A stretch of 64,000 bases of DNA from a virus (IMGVR_UViG_3300028887_000002:148278-212277), one strand, 5' to 3'; shown: positions 1 through 9,335, counted from the stretch's first letter. Notes: generated from the letters alone by a model not told the origin. Translations and numbers: made by a program.

Positions 1-733
1 TATACCAACAGTAACAGTTATGATAACGACCGAAACCACCCTTTCTATCAGCGAGACCGCCAGGGGTACTCATAAGGTGTATGATATGCGACCCATCGGG
101 ACCAGCCGTTACCTTGTATGCCAAGTCACACTGCAAATACTTGTTCTTTGTTGACATATCGGCAGCCGTAAGTGCAATGTCATAGAACGGAAGTACATAG
201 GCACCCATACCGATTCCATAGCCAGAGCCGAGACCGCCGTTGAATGCGGCAAGCGAACCAAGTTGTCCCACAACGCCACTACCGAAAACAGCACCGCCAC
301 CCCAAGCGTTTGCAAACATTGCAGGGTCGCTGGTAGGCGGGGTAATGAACAAGACCTTGTTAATTTCACGTCCAGCAGGTATGAGGTAACTTTGGCGACC
401 AGGTTCGATTACGAAGAAATCCTTCTTCAATTCCCACGGGCCTCTCTGCTGTAGACCGACTTCCTTTGAGAAATAGTATGAAAAATCTTTCGTTATATCA
501 AGCGTTCTAACCGACAATGCAAATGCAAGGTCAAGGCTTGATATGTTCTTCCCGTAAAGGTTAGCCCAGTTTGATTCTATTATAAAATTCTGCACACGCT
601 CCGAGTAATCCCCCACGGCAATTGCTAGGAGATTACATAACTGGTCGTCAGTAAGTTCAACCTTTCTTACGGGGGCACCTAACTTTGCCCTTACTATCTC
701 GAATAATTTTTGTTTTTCCTCGTCTAAAACCAT
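1..733 (-). CDS. Neck/head-completion protein, T4 gp13-like (3' end outside window)
   Basis: Manually translated from ATG at 733 on the minus strand, open to the window edge: MVLDEEKQKLFEIVRAKLGAPVRKVELTDDQLCNLL... The KLGAPV.xVELTDDQ start is characteristic of gp13-like neck proteins. It is missing from the ORF track because no stop lies in the window. Confidence 0.75.
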   Translation of the reverse strand, partial: MVLDEEKQKLFEIVRAKLGAPVRKVELTDDQLCNLLAIAVGDYSERVQNFIIESNWANLYGKNISSLDLAFALSVRTLDITKDFSYYFSKEVGLQQRGPWELKKDFFVIEPGRQSYLIPAGREINKVLFITPPTSDPAMFANAWGGGAVFGSGVVGQLGSLAAFNGGLGSGYGIGMGAYVLPFYDIALTAADMSTKNKYLQCDLAYKVTAGPDGSHIIHLMSTPGGLADRKGGFGRYHNCYCWY

Positions 734-751
734 AACAATTGATTTTTTATA

Positions 752-758
752 ATAAATA
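752..758 (-). promoter_or_regulatory. Putative late promoter element TATTTAT (for neck gene)
   Basis: ACTATTTATTAT on the minus strand, 18 nt before ATG 733. The same motif recurs upstream of many virion genes. Confidence 0.6.
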
Positions 759-803
759 GTTCAAAGGCATGAATATTTTGTTTCAAAAAACGATTGAACT
801 GAA

Positions 804-815
804 TATTTATAAATA
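804..815 (+). promoter_or_regulatory. Putative late promoter element (palindromic TATTTATAAATA)
   Basis: TATTTAT core, 19 nt before ATG 830. Confidence 0.55.
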
Positions 816-829
816 TATTTTTCAAAGAT

Positions 830-1234
830 ATGGCGCAGTATTTTGAAATAAATAAGAATGCAACACTTCCGTCGTTAAGACTTGAAGTTATAAACGACGG
901 TCGCAATGACTTTGGCAAACTCTACCTTGCACTACAGGGCAGTTCGTCGGTTACTTTTACAATGACCAACACTGCTACGGGTATAAAGAAGATTGCGAAG
1001 GCCAAGGCATATGTTGTTTATGACGAAAATAGCGACTGCGAGGAGAGATATTTCATAGAATACAGGTGGAAGAAGAGAGATACTAATGAACCAGGGACTT
1101 ATACTGGACATTTCCATATAGACTTCCAGTCGCCTGTATATATGGAAGGGGTTACGTTTCCGCAGGGCGAACTGATTGTGCCGATTGCCGAAGACCTTAT
1201 AATACTAGTCAACGATTCAATGATTAAGAAATGA
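830..1234 (+). CDS. Conserved phage protein, probably virion structural (BppU N-terminal-like)
   Basis: 134-aa ORF starting F.INKNATLP.L.L and containing IEY.W...DT..PG.Y.G.F.I.F, a pattern seen in baseplate-upper-type domains. It follows a TATTTAT element. Confidence 0.5.
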   Translation: MAQYFEINKNATLPSLRLEVINDGRNDFGKLYLALQGSSSVTFTMTNTATGIKKIAKAKAYVVYDENSDCEERYFIEYRWKKRDTNEPGTYTGHFHIDFQSPVYMEGVTFPQGELIVPIAEDLIILVNDSMIKK

Positions 1235-1271
1235 ATAACAAATAATAATAGTATAAATTAACAATAGAAAT

Positions 1272-2633
1272 ATGAAGAAACAAGTTATAAGAATGACACA
1301 GAACGGACTTCAGAGACTTATCAGCGAGTCAGTCCGCAGGATTCTCAAGGAGGCTGAAAAGGCTACGGGAGTTACTGGTTATGAGGAAGATTTACCTGAC
1401 GGTTGGACAAAGTATACCGACAAGAATGGTAAGACATCTTATTTTGATGAAGACTACAATGAATACATAAAGACATATACAAGTGATGGGCAAGAACGTC
1501 TTGTACCAGTTAATGATTTTGGAAATACTGAATTTCGCGGAAATAAAGGTATAGCAAATTTGTACAAATCAACACGTGGTAATTTAAAACTCGGCGACTT
1601 TAGTCAACTTGGTACGAAGTATGAACCTTATAATGTTCCAGGTGTTAAAGACCGCGAACACACAAACCTCAACGACTGTACTGATACCATCAGACGTATC
1701 TATACCATCAAGGATGCCAGGAAGCGTGAAATGGCGTTGCAGTACTTATATATGGACTTGAAGGATGATGCTTTGAGATATGGTAAGAGGATTTATGAAG
1801 CGGTTTGTGCAAGATATATGACTTATGATATGTTTGACGAAGCTGAATTGGAATCTTTTTTGTTAAAAATGTTAAACATGTGTCTAGGAATCGAAAAGGG
1901 TGAAAGTGGTACGGCAATCGCATTTAATCCAAATATGGAAGATGTTTCATTCAAGACATATTTCGCGCAAAAAATTGCAGGTAATTTACGTAACATTATA
2001 GATGAAAAGAAGAAACGTACCTTCTATAAGATAACCAAGTACGAGGCAGACAAGATGATGTTGAAGAGGTTACCAAAACGCGAATTCAACAAGATAGTTG
2101 ATGATATAAGGAGTAAATATGAAATAAAAGAATTAAAGCCTGGCACTTACGATTCATTAGAAGATATGGAATACACAACCAATGGTGTGGTTACCAATGA
2201 AAAACATGCTGAAATGATGAAAAAAGCAAACAGACTTGCAATTGAAAAAGTTTGGGAATTATTCCCCGACAGGACGTTCAACTCATTTGCGGAAATTCAA
2301 ACCAGACAAATACCAGATGTATTTAGAGTAAAGAAAGGTTCAGAAACAGAAAATGACAATAGATTCATTGTTAATAAGAGTGATGACTTGGACGACCCAA
2401 CTAAAGGTGAATACAATTACTACACAACAATTTCAAAGAAACCGTCAATGGATACTGACAGTTTGGATGACTTATCAAAAACATTAGGTAACGACCTTTC
2501 AATGAGTTCAGAACCTGAATATGGTGATAAGACATTAGGCATTAAGAAGCAAGGCAAGTCAGAACGACAATATGCTTTTGAAGCAATCAACCGCATAGTC
2601 AGAAAAGTTTTGACGGAAATGAGAAAAAAGTAA
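1272..2633 (+). CDS. LTE-leader protein (putative head-internal protein) with sigma-region-2-like segment
   Basis: N-terminus MKKQVIRMTQNGLQRLISESVRRILKE and C-terminus EAINRIVRKVLTE match the leader and tag family. The internal FNPNMEDVSFKTYFAQKIAGNLRNII resembles sigma region 2. Confidence 0.55.
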   Translation: MKKQVIRMTQNGLQRLISESVRRILKEAEKATGVTGYEEDLPDGWTKYTDKNGKTSYFDEDYNEYIKTYTSDGQERLVPVNDFGNTEFRGNKGIANLYKSTRGNLKLGDFSQLGTKYEPYNVPGVKDREHTNLNDCTDTIRRIYTIKDARKREMALQYLYMDLKDDALRYGKRIYEAVCARYMTYDMFDEAELESFLLKMLNMCLGIEKGESGTAIAFNPNMEDVSFKTYFAQKIAGNLRNIIDEKKKRTFYKITKYEADKMMLKRLPKREFNKIVDDIRSKYEIKELKPGTYDSLEDMEYTTNGVVTNEKHAEMMKKANRLAIEKVWELFPDRTFNSFAEIQTRQIPDVFRVKKGSETENDNRFIVNKSDDLDDPTKGEYNYYTTISKKPSMDTDSLDDLSKTLGNDLSMSSEPEYGDKTLGIKKQGKSERQYAFEAINRIVRKVLTEMRKK

Positions 2634-2641
2634 GAATTTTC

Positions 2642-2672
2642 TTTGTTAATTTAAAAATATAAGTTATCTTTG
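2642..2672 (+). promoter_or_regulatory. Bacteroidota-type sigma70 promoter (-33 TTTG / -7 TATCTTTG)
   Basis: TTTG at 2642-2645, a 19-nt spacer, and TATCTTTG at 2665-2672, upstream of the SSB gene. Confidence 0.75.
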
Positions 2673-2787
2673 CCGCGTTGAGATTTTGTGAAGATGCTTG
2701 ATAGAAAGCAGTGACGGGGGAGAACATAATCCTCCGTCCTTTAAAATTAAACATGGAAGCAAAATAATGATTAAAAATTAATTTAAA

Positions 2788-3723
2788 ATGTCACAAGATG
2801 TAAAAGATTACACAGACGAAATTTTCGATGATGTAGAACTTGAAAACAAGAAAGAGAAAGTTGAAAAACCACAGTTCAATCCATCAAACTACCTTGATGT
2901 GAAATTGAAGGATGGTGAACAAACCAGAGAGATTAAGATTAGGATACTCCCAGTATCTGCAACAAACCAGCACATTGCTGTGCCAATCAGAATTCATGCG
3001 TTGACCAATGTTAACAAGGACCTTATCAAGTCAGGCTTTAAGAATTACACCTGTCTCAATGATGAACATTTGGAACATAAGGATGAAAGAGGCTGTCCAA
3101 TATGTAACATGGCAAAGGAATTATTCAAGAAGGCTAACGAGGAAACCGACCCTATAGTAAAGAAGGCGTTATGCAAGGAAGCATACAAGTATGAGCCGAA
3201 AGTAGCTTATGTTGTAAGGGTTATTGACCGTAGCAAGGAAGATGAAGGTGTGAAATTCTGGAGATTCAACAAGTACGACAATCATAACGGTATATACGAC
3301 AAGTTGAAGACTATTTACGCACAGCGCAACAAGGAATCTTTGGATGACGGTGATGGACCATACAATGTATTTGACCTTCACAATGGGCATGACTTTATAA
3401 TTACCCTTACCAAAGGTGAGAATACCAACCGCACGGAAGTTTCCATTATGGATTCTTCAAGACAGACTCCGCTTTCAAAGGATGAGAAAAAGATTGAAGA
3501 GTGGGTCAACGACACCAAGAAATGGGAAGACGTTTATACGGTAAAGCCATACGATTACCTTGACATTGTTGTCAATAGTGGTATTCCGATGTTTGACAAG
3601 GAGAAAGGTTGCTTTGTTGACAGGACTGAGGTTGAGAAGGAGGAAGAAGATGTTACATACGAAGCCCCAATGGTTGCCGAACAGCCTGTAGCCCCCAAGA
3701 ACGATGATGACCTTCCATTCTAA
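2788..3723 (+). CDS. Single-stranded DNA-binding protein, T4 gp32-like
   Basis: IKIRILP, CPIC Zn-type motif, YVVRVIDR..EDEGVKFW, FD...GHDFII and the acidic C-terminal tail DDDLPF. First gene of the replication block. Confidence 0.8.
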   Translation: MSQDVKDYTDEIFDDVELENKKEKVEKPQFNPSNYLDVKLKDGEQTREIKIRILPVSATNQHIAVPIRIHALTNVNKDLIKSGFKNYTCLNDEHLEHKDERGCPICNMAKELFKKANEETDPIVKKALCKEAYKYEPKVAYVVRVIDRSKEDEGVKFWRFNKYDNHNGIYDKLKTIYAQRNKESLDDGDGPYNVFDLHNGHDFIITLTKGENTNRTEVSIMDSSRQTPLSKDEKKIEEWVNDTKKWEDVYTVKPYDYLDIVVNSGIPMFDKEKGCFVDRTEVEKEEEDVTYEAPMVAEQPVAPKNDDDLPF

Positions 3724-3742
3724 TCTTTAATAGAAAAAATTT

Positions 3743-4339
3743 ATGGCAAAATTAAATTTTAACTACGGCACAATGAGTAGTTCCAAGAGTGCAATCCTTC
3801 TTATGAAGGCGCACTCTTTTGAGACCGAAAACATACCGTTCCTCTGTATGAAATCAAGTATTGACACAAGGGACGGCGAGGGTATAATAAAATCAAGGAC
3901 AGGTATGTCGCACGACTGTATGGTGATTGAACCTGATGACAAAGTTTATGATACCATTGTAAACTATTGTTCAAACATCAAGAACAACGGGTATGAGACA
4001 CCCAAGTGGCTTTTGGTTGATGAAGCCCAGTTCCTTACAGCCGAACAGGTGGATGACCTTGCAAGGGTTGTTGACGAATTGAATATTGACGTGGAGTGCT
4101 ACGGTCTTAGGACAGACTTCAAGACGCGACTGTTTGAAGGAAGTCGCAGGTTGTTCGAGATTGCGGACAACATCAATGAAATCAAATCCATATGTCATTG
4201 TGGTAACGAGGCAAGTGTAAACGCCCGTATGATTGGTGATGTTCTTATTGTCAGTGGCGAACAGGTTATGGTCGGTGGAAACGATATGTACCGTCCGTTG
4301 TGCAGGAAATGTTATAACGAATATAAATGCAAATTATAA
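3743..4339 (+). CDS. tdk: Thymidine kinase (type II)
   Basis: YGTMSSSKS P-loop, KSSIDTRDG, VDEAQFL, YGLRTDFK.RLFEGS, and Zn ligands CHCG...CRKC. Confidence 0.92.
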   Translation: MAKLNFNYGTMSSSKSAILLMKAHSFETENIPFLCMKSSIDTRDGEGIIKSRTGMSHDCMVIEPDDKVYDTIVNYCSNIKNNGYETPKWLLVDEAQFLTAEQVDDLARVVDELNIDVECYGLRTDFKTRLFEGSRRLFEIADNINEIKSICHCGNEASVNARMIGDVLIVSGEQVMVGGNDMYRPLCRKCYNEYKCKL

Positions 4340-4351
4340 TTTTTAAGAAAC

Positions 4352-5584
4352 ATGACAAAGCAAGCGATTAAGAAGGGTGCTGGAACAGCATCGGTAACAA
4401 AGAAGGTCGGTCTTGCCGCCTTTAAGGAAAAGAAGGGTATGGTATATCACGAGGGTGATAATATCCAAAATACTGTAAGTAATGCAAACAAACCGTTGGA
4501 TTGGCTCATCATGCCAAAGGCTTTTAGTGATGCAACAAAACTCCCTGGTCTACCTAACGGTGTGGTAATCAGTGTGTTAGGACATTCCAACGTGGGTAAA
4601 TCTACATTATTGAACCACGCAATTGTGGCCGCACAGAGACAGGGTTACATACCAGTCATATTCGATACTGAGAATGCTTTTTCGTTTACTTACGCAAAGC
4701 AGATGGGTATGGAAGCCGAACCTATCTATGGTGATGTTGAAGTAGAAGTAGTAAACCCAGAAACTGGCGAGGTTACTATTGAAACGAGAAATGAAATTGT
4801 AAGTTGGGATGGCAATTTCCTTTACTACGATAACAAGCGTCTCATTGAACAGTACGGAAAATGGGATTATTCACAAGGCAAGGAAGTACAGAAGAGACGT
4901 AATATGGCAGTTATTGAGGATGTTGCAATGTGTATAAACGAACTCCTTGACGCACAGGAAGATGGTGAAATTGACATGGGATTTCTATTTGTATGGGATT
5001 CCGTAGGTTCATTATCTTCGTTCAAGACCTACAATGCAAAGGGTGTTGGCAACGCAATGTGGGATGCTGGTGCAATTAGTGTTGCGTTCAACCGCATAGT
5101 TAACGACCGAATACCATCTTCAAGAAAGGTGTCATCGAAATACACAAATACATTCCTTTACGTAAATAAGGTATGGATGGACGCTATGACCAATCCTGTC
5201 GGGCCTGCAATCATGCAGACAAAGGGCGGTAAGTCTCTTAAATACTCAACCCGTCTTGAGATACTTTTAGGCGGGCAACTGACTGCTGGTATTAAGAGAT
5301 TGACTGCGACATATAAGGGGCTTGATTATAGTTATGGTATCGAAACTAAGATTAAGATACTTAAAAATCATCTTGACGCACCGCATAATGTGTGTTATGA
5401 AGGCAAGATGATTGCTTCCGATTGTGGATTTATTGCACCTGATGAACTCGATGAATACAGAAAGAACCACATTGGTGACATACTCAAACAATTACAAGAG
5501 ATGTCAAATAGTAAGGAAACCATTGATGTAAAACAAGTTGAGTTTACTGAGAAACCTGATAGTGAGTATGAACAAGAAAATTAG
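4352..5584 (+). CDS. recA: RecA/UvsX-like recombinase
   Basis: Walker A GHSNVGKST, FDTENAF, Walker B VWDSVGSL, and GGKSLKYSTRLEI. Confidence 0.85.
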   Translation: MTKQAIKKGAGTASVTKKVGLAAFKEKKGMVYHEGDNIQNTVSNANKPLDWLIMPKAFSDATKLPGLPNGVVISVLGHSNVGKSTLLNHAIVAAQRQGYIPVIFDTENAFSFTYAKQMGMEAEPIYGDVEVEVVNPETGEVTIETRNEIVSWDGNFLYYDNKRLIEQYGKWDYSQGKEVQKRRNMAVIEDVAMCINELLDAQEDGEIDMGFLFVWDSVGSLSSFKTYNAKGVGNAMWDAGAISVAFNRIVNDRIPSSRKVSSKYTNTFLYVNKVWMDAMTNPVGPAIMQTKGGKSLKYSTRLEILLGGQLTAGIKRLTATYKGLDYSYGIETKIKILKNHLDAPHNVCYEGKMIASDCGFIAPDELDEYRKNHIGDILKQLQEMSNSKETIDVKQVEFTEKPDSEYEQEN

Positions 5585-5592
5585 AAAAATTT

Positions 5593-5624
5593 CTTGTAGG
5601 AACAAAAACATAATATTAATTTTG
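5593..5624 (+). promoter_or_regulatory. Bacteroidota-type promoter (CTTG-N20-TAATTTTG)
   Basis: -7 element TAATTTTG at 5617-5624, with TTG 20 nt upstream. Confidence 0.65.
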
Positions 5625-5646
5625 CAACACAAAAATTTTAGGAACT

Positions 5647-5889
5647 ATGAAAGTAACATTATTGAAAAAGGCTGACTATGAGTTCAAGCCAGAAAACATG
5701 ACAGCGATGCCGTTCGGCACATTTAACACCTTGATGAAGGTTGAACCCAAGAGTGAAGAAGAACTTCCATTGATGGTTGCATTCAACAACCGTGACGAGT
5801 ACGAGAAGAAGGCAAGTGACTTTGCTATTGACGAGACTAAGGAGGTATATATTAACGAGAAAGGTCAGATTTTTTGTCACCTGCAATAA
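5647..5889 (+). CDS. Hypothetical protein (80 aa)
   Basis: ATG after an AT-rich leader, phage-like codon usage, and a stop 10 nt before the exonuclease start. Confidence 0.6.
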   Translation: MKVTLLKKADYEFKPENMTAMPFGTFNTLMKVEPKSEEELPLMVAFNNRDEYEKKASDFAIDETKEVYINEKGQIFCHLQ

Positions 5890-5899
5890 CAATATCGAA

Positions 5900-7048
5900 A
5901 TGTCAACCCAACCGATACCCAACAAAATAAAGACTGCCAATCCCGAACTGTCCACCAAGAAGTTCAATACCTTACTGGTGGATGGTTCCAACCTATTGGA
6001 GGTATGTTTTAACGGGTACAAGAAGTTATCATCAAGCGGAAAGGAAATTGGTGCAATATACCAGTTCCTTCTTCAACTGAAACTTCTGTTACGGAAGGGT
6101 AACTTTAGGTACGTCTATTGTTTTTTTGACGGTGATTCTTCGGGACAATACCGTTTCAATTATTATCCAGACTACAAGGCGAACAGGGACAAGACTTTTG
6201 ATGAGGAGGAACTTTCTGACTATATGAAGGAAGTGAATGAACGTATCAGACGGATGCAAAAGCACTTCTTCAAACCCAAGAGGGATGAATCGGAAAAGGA
6301 AAACTTCTTTTGGCAAAGAAATGTTCTTATGGAATGCCTTGAGGAACTTGCGGTAAGGCAGTGTATTTGTGACAAGGTTGAAGCGGATGACCTTATAGGG
6401 TATTACGTAACACACAAGAAACCAGAGGAACGTATAGTAATATGCTCTAACGACAGAGACTTAACGCAGTTAATATCAGAAGATGTTATAGTGTATGTCC
6501 AGTCATTACATGATTTTGTGAATACGAAGAACCATACCAGTGTTATGGGGTATCATTATTCAAACGTCTTACTGAAGAAGATACTCTGCGGTGATACTTC
6601 CGACAATATTAAGGGGGTAAAGGGATTGGGTGAAAAAACATTATTCCAAAACTTCCCCGAACTTACGGAACGCCGTGTTACACTTAACGAGGTCATTACC
6701 AAGGCAAGTGAAATAAATGAGAAACGCAAGTCCGAGAAGAAGAAGCCGTTAAAGTGGGCAGAAAACATAGTAAATGGTACAACAGACGGTATACAGGGGG
6801 ATAAACTCTACGAGATAAACGAGAAGATTATAGACCTCAAGCATCCGTTGATGACAGATGAATCTGTTGAACTGATGGAATCCTTTATGTATGCCCCGAT
6901 GGATATGGAAGGACGTTCAATGGAGAACCTTTACAGGATACTGCTTGAAAATGAGATTGACGACCTGAAGGACGAGGGTGCTTTTGCAAACTTCTTCACG
7001 GAATTCAAATACCTAATTGACAAGGAGACAAAAAATTCACAAAACTAA
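5900..7048 (+). CDS. 5'-3' exonuclease / flap endonuclease (T4 RNase H / Pol I N-domain-like)
   Basis: LLVDGSNL, YKANR, EADDLI, SNDRDLTQL and the H3TH motif GDTSDNIKGVKGLGEKT. The start is moved from 5777 to ATG 5900 to remove the overlap with the upstream gene. Confidence 0.88.
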   Translation: MSTQPIPNKIKTANPELSTKKFNTLLVDGSNLLEVCFNGYKKLSSSGKEIGAIYQFLLQLKLLLRKGNFRYVYCFFDGDSSGQYRFNYYPDYKANRDKTFDEEELSDYMKEVNERIRRMQKHFFKPKRDESEKENFFWQRNVLMECLEELAVRQCICDKVEADDLIGYYVTHKKPEERIVICSNDRDLTQLISEDVIVYVQSLHDFVNTKNHTSVMGYHYSNVLLKKILCGDTSDNIKGVKGLGEKTLFQNFPELTERRVTLNEVITKASEINEKRKSEKKKPLKWAENIVNGTTDGIQGDKLYEINEKIIDLKHPLMTDESVELMESFMYAPMDMEGRSMENLYRILLENEIDDLKDEGAFANFFTEFKYLIDKETKNSQN

Positions 7049-7109
7049 TATTGTTTTTTATGAAACAAAGAGATTATTTTAAGAATGCTAACCTTTAAAA
7101 ACTTTTAAG

Positions 7110-7814
7110 ATGGACAACGAAAACAAAAAGAAATCAAACGATTTCTGGGAACGATTCCAATTTGTACTTTCAGTTAACGACAACATCGTATGTCAGCGAT
7201 ACTTCAAGATACTCGGCTTTAACCCCGAATGTATCGGCTCGTTGGAACTGAAGGAATGTATGGACGAATGCGTAACACTCATAAAGAGGGACTTGGAATC
7301 CAAGAGCCGTACTTATTTATGGTACACGGTAGATTCACCAGTTAAACTCTGTGGTTTTGAAAACCCTGAGGAGACTGAATACCTCACCTATGAGGGCATC
7401 GAGCCTTACGTTCCAGAACAACTCAATCCATACGATGTTTCATTCAAGTTTACATTCCTTATTGACGATGAAAAGATTTATGAATACCTCTGGGATGGGA
7501 CACAGTACCCCAAGTTCATAAGGAATACAGTTGACTTGCAGAACTCTAACACATTGTACAAGGATTCAGACCAGTCAAGCCTCAACTTCTCACAGAGTTT
7601 GAGCAAGAGGCTCACCTACGGCAAGCCCGACTACACCTACGTTATCATCAAGAACATAATCCACACAGCCACCAGAAGGAACAGCGACTATACCCATAGC
7701 GACCAGTATGGTGACAAGAAGATTATGTTGACCAAGGGTGGCGTACCGTTCAACAAGACAATGATACGCAACTTCTGGCAGAACAAAGGTGAAAAAGGCG
7801 GTAAGAAAAATTAG
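7110..7814 (+). CDS. Hypothetical protein in replication block
   Basis: 234-aa ORF with phage-like codon usage between the exonuclease and helicase; no recognisable motif. Confidence 0.65.
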   Translation: MDNENKKKSNDFWERFQFVLSVNDNIVCQRYFKILGFNPECIGSLELKECMDECVTLIKRDLESKSRTYLWYTVDSPVKLCGFENPEETEYLTYEGIEPYVPEQLNPYDVSFKFTFLIDDEKIYEYLWDGTQYPKFIRNTVDLQNSNTLYKDSDQSSLNFSQSLSKRLTYGKPDYTYVIIKNIIHTATRRNSDYTHSDQYGDKKIMLTKGGVPFNKTMIRNFWQNKGEKGGKKN

Positions 7815-7824
7815 TTAGTTCAAC

Positions 7825-7864
7825 ATGGGCGGTTCGTCAGTCATTGGCGGTCTGCCCACTTTTT
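7825..7864 (+). terminator. GC-rich hairpin plus T-tract
   Basis: TGGGCGG-ttcgtcagtcattggcggtc-TGCCCA followed by CTTTTT. Confidence 0.5.
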
Positions 7865-7874
7865 AAAGTTTTTA

Positions 7875-9335
7875 ATGATGCAGAAAACGGTTAGCAGGGA
7901 TAACTTGGGTTATCTCGGAGAAGATTATCAGAGATTATTACTAAAAGCATTTATAGAGGACAAGGACTTCTTCAAGTCCATAGAGCCGATAGTTGACCAG
8001 AATATGTTCACGATTGACGAACTGAAGCGACTGGTCGGATTTATGAAGGAACGCTTTGAGAAGGTTGGTACGGTTCCGACATATTATGATATGGAACTAA
8101 TGGTAAAAAGTAAGATTACCGAACCAATAACAATGAATAAGGCACTTGCATTACTCAAATCCTTGAAGGAATCGGAAAACACTAATGGTCTTGACCTTAT
8201 TGAGACTGAATGTGAACATTTCTTCAAACAGCAGAACCTTACAAAGGCTATAAACAAGGCGACACAGATTATAAAGACTGGCGATACAAACCGCTACGAA
8301 GAGATTGAAGGTTTGATACAGGACGCCTTGAATATAAACACCAAGCAGGACTGGGATATCCATACCCCCGATGAGTTTTTGGATGCAGCATTAAGTGATG
8401 ATTTCAGGGATACCATACCCACTGGGGTTGACAAGATTGACAAGATACTTATGGGCGGTCTTGGAAAGGGTGAACTAGGTGTAATCATAAGTCCTAGTGG
8501 TATCGGTAAAACATCCGCGACTTCTGGGTTTGCAACATATGCTTCGACATTTGCAACAGAGGCCAATAACGACAAGGGCTTCAAGGTATTTCATCTTTTC
8601 TTTGAGGATAAGGAAACCGCAATCCTGCGCAAATATTATGCATACCTTACTGGCTACGAGTCAACTTCAATGTCAGACCCGACAGTTAGGTCGGCAGTAT
8701 GGCAGATGATTAAGGAAGATGAAGACATAAAGATGAAACGCAAGATGCTGGATGCTAACATAAGGCTCAAACGTGCTGAGACTGGCGGTTACACTTGCAG
8801 TGACCTATCAAGAGACCTTGACCATATGATTTCAATTGGCTTTAAACCCGATATGGTCATAGTGGATTACTTTGAATGTCTCAAGGTTGAAAGAAGTAAC
8901 AGTGGTGATGACAAGTGGTCTCGTGAAGAACTTACAATCCGCAGGCTTGAATCAATTGCCCACAAGTACAACGTTGCCCTTTGGGTTCCAGTTCAAGGCA
9001 CAAAGGATTCAATGAACGTCGAATATGTTGGTATGAACCAGGGTGGTGGTTCGGTTGCAAAGGTCCAGGTCGGACACATAATTCTGTCATTTGCCCGTAC
9101 AGATGAAATGAAGCCAAAGAATAAAATGAACATATACCTTCATAAGTTTAGAGGCGGGGCTATAACACAGACACAGTTTATAGGGGTCACATTCAATAAC
9201 GGTACTTGCCGATTTGATATGACCGAAAGCGAGATGGTTGACAAGACGCTGGATTTTCAACAAAATCAATCCAGTAAGCAGTTAACTGCCTCAATAGCAA
9301 GGAATGTGTATGAAAATTCAAAAGTCAAAAAATAA
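7875..9335 (+). CDS. dnaB: Replicative SF4 helicase (DnaB / T4 gp41-like)
   Basis: IPTGVDKIDKILMGGLGKGELGVI, Walker A SPSGIGKTS, Walker B DMVIVDYFE, and KFRGG near the C-terminus. Confidence 0.9.
   Translation: MMQKTVSRDNLGYLGEDYQRLLLKAFIEDKDFFKSIEPIVDQNMFTIDELKRLVGFMKERFEKVGTVPTYYDMELMVKSKITEPITMNKALALLKSLKESENTNGLDLIETECEHFFKQQNLTKAINKATQIIKTGDTNRYEEIEGLIQDALNINTKQDWDIHTPDEFLDAALSDDFRDTIPTGVDKIDKILMGGLGKGELGVIISPSGIGKTSATSGFATYASTFATEANNDKGFKVFHLFFEDKETAILRKYYAYLTGYESTSMSDPTVRSAVWQMIKEDEDIKMKRKMLDANIRLKRAETGGYTCSDLSRDLDHMISIGFKPDMVIVDYFECLKVERSNSGDDKWSREELTIRRLESIAHKYNVALWVPVQGTKDSMNVEYVGMNQGGGSVAKVQVGHIILSFARTDEMKPKNKMNIYLHKFRGGAITQTQFIGVTFNNGTCRFDMTESEMVDKTLDFQQNQSSKQLTASIARNVYENSKVKK

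Noticed and set aside
5777-5899. Extended N-terminus of the 5'-3' exonuclease
   Set aside because: It overlaps the 5647-5889 gene by 113 nt, and the conserved domain starts after ATG 5900.
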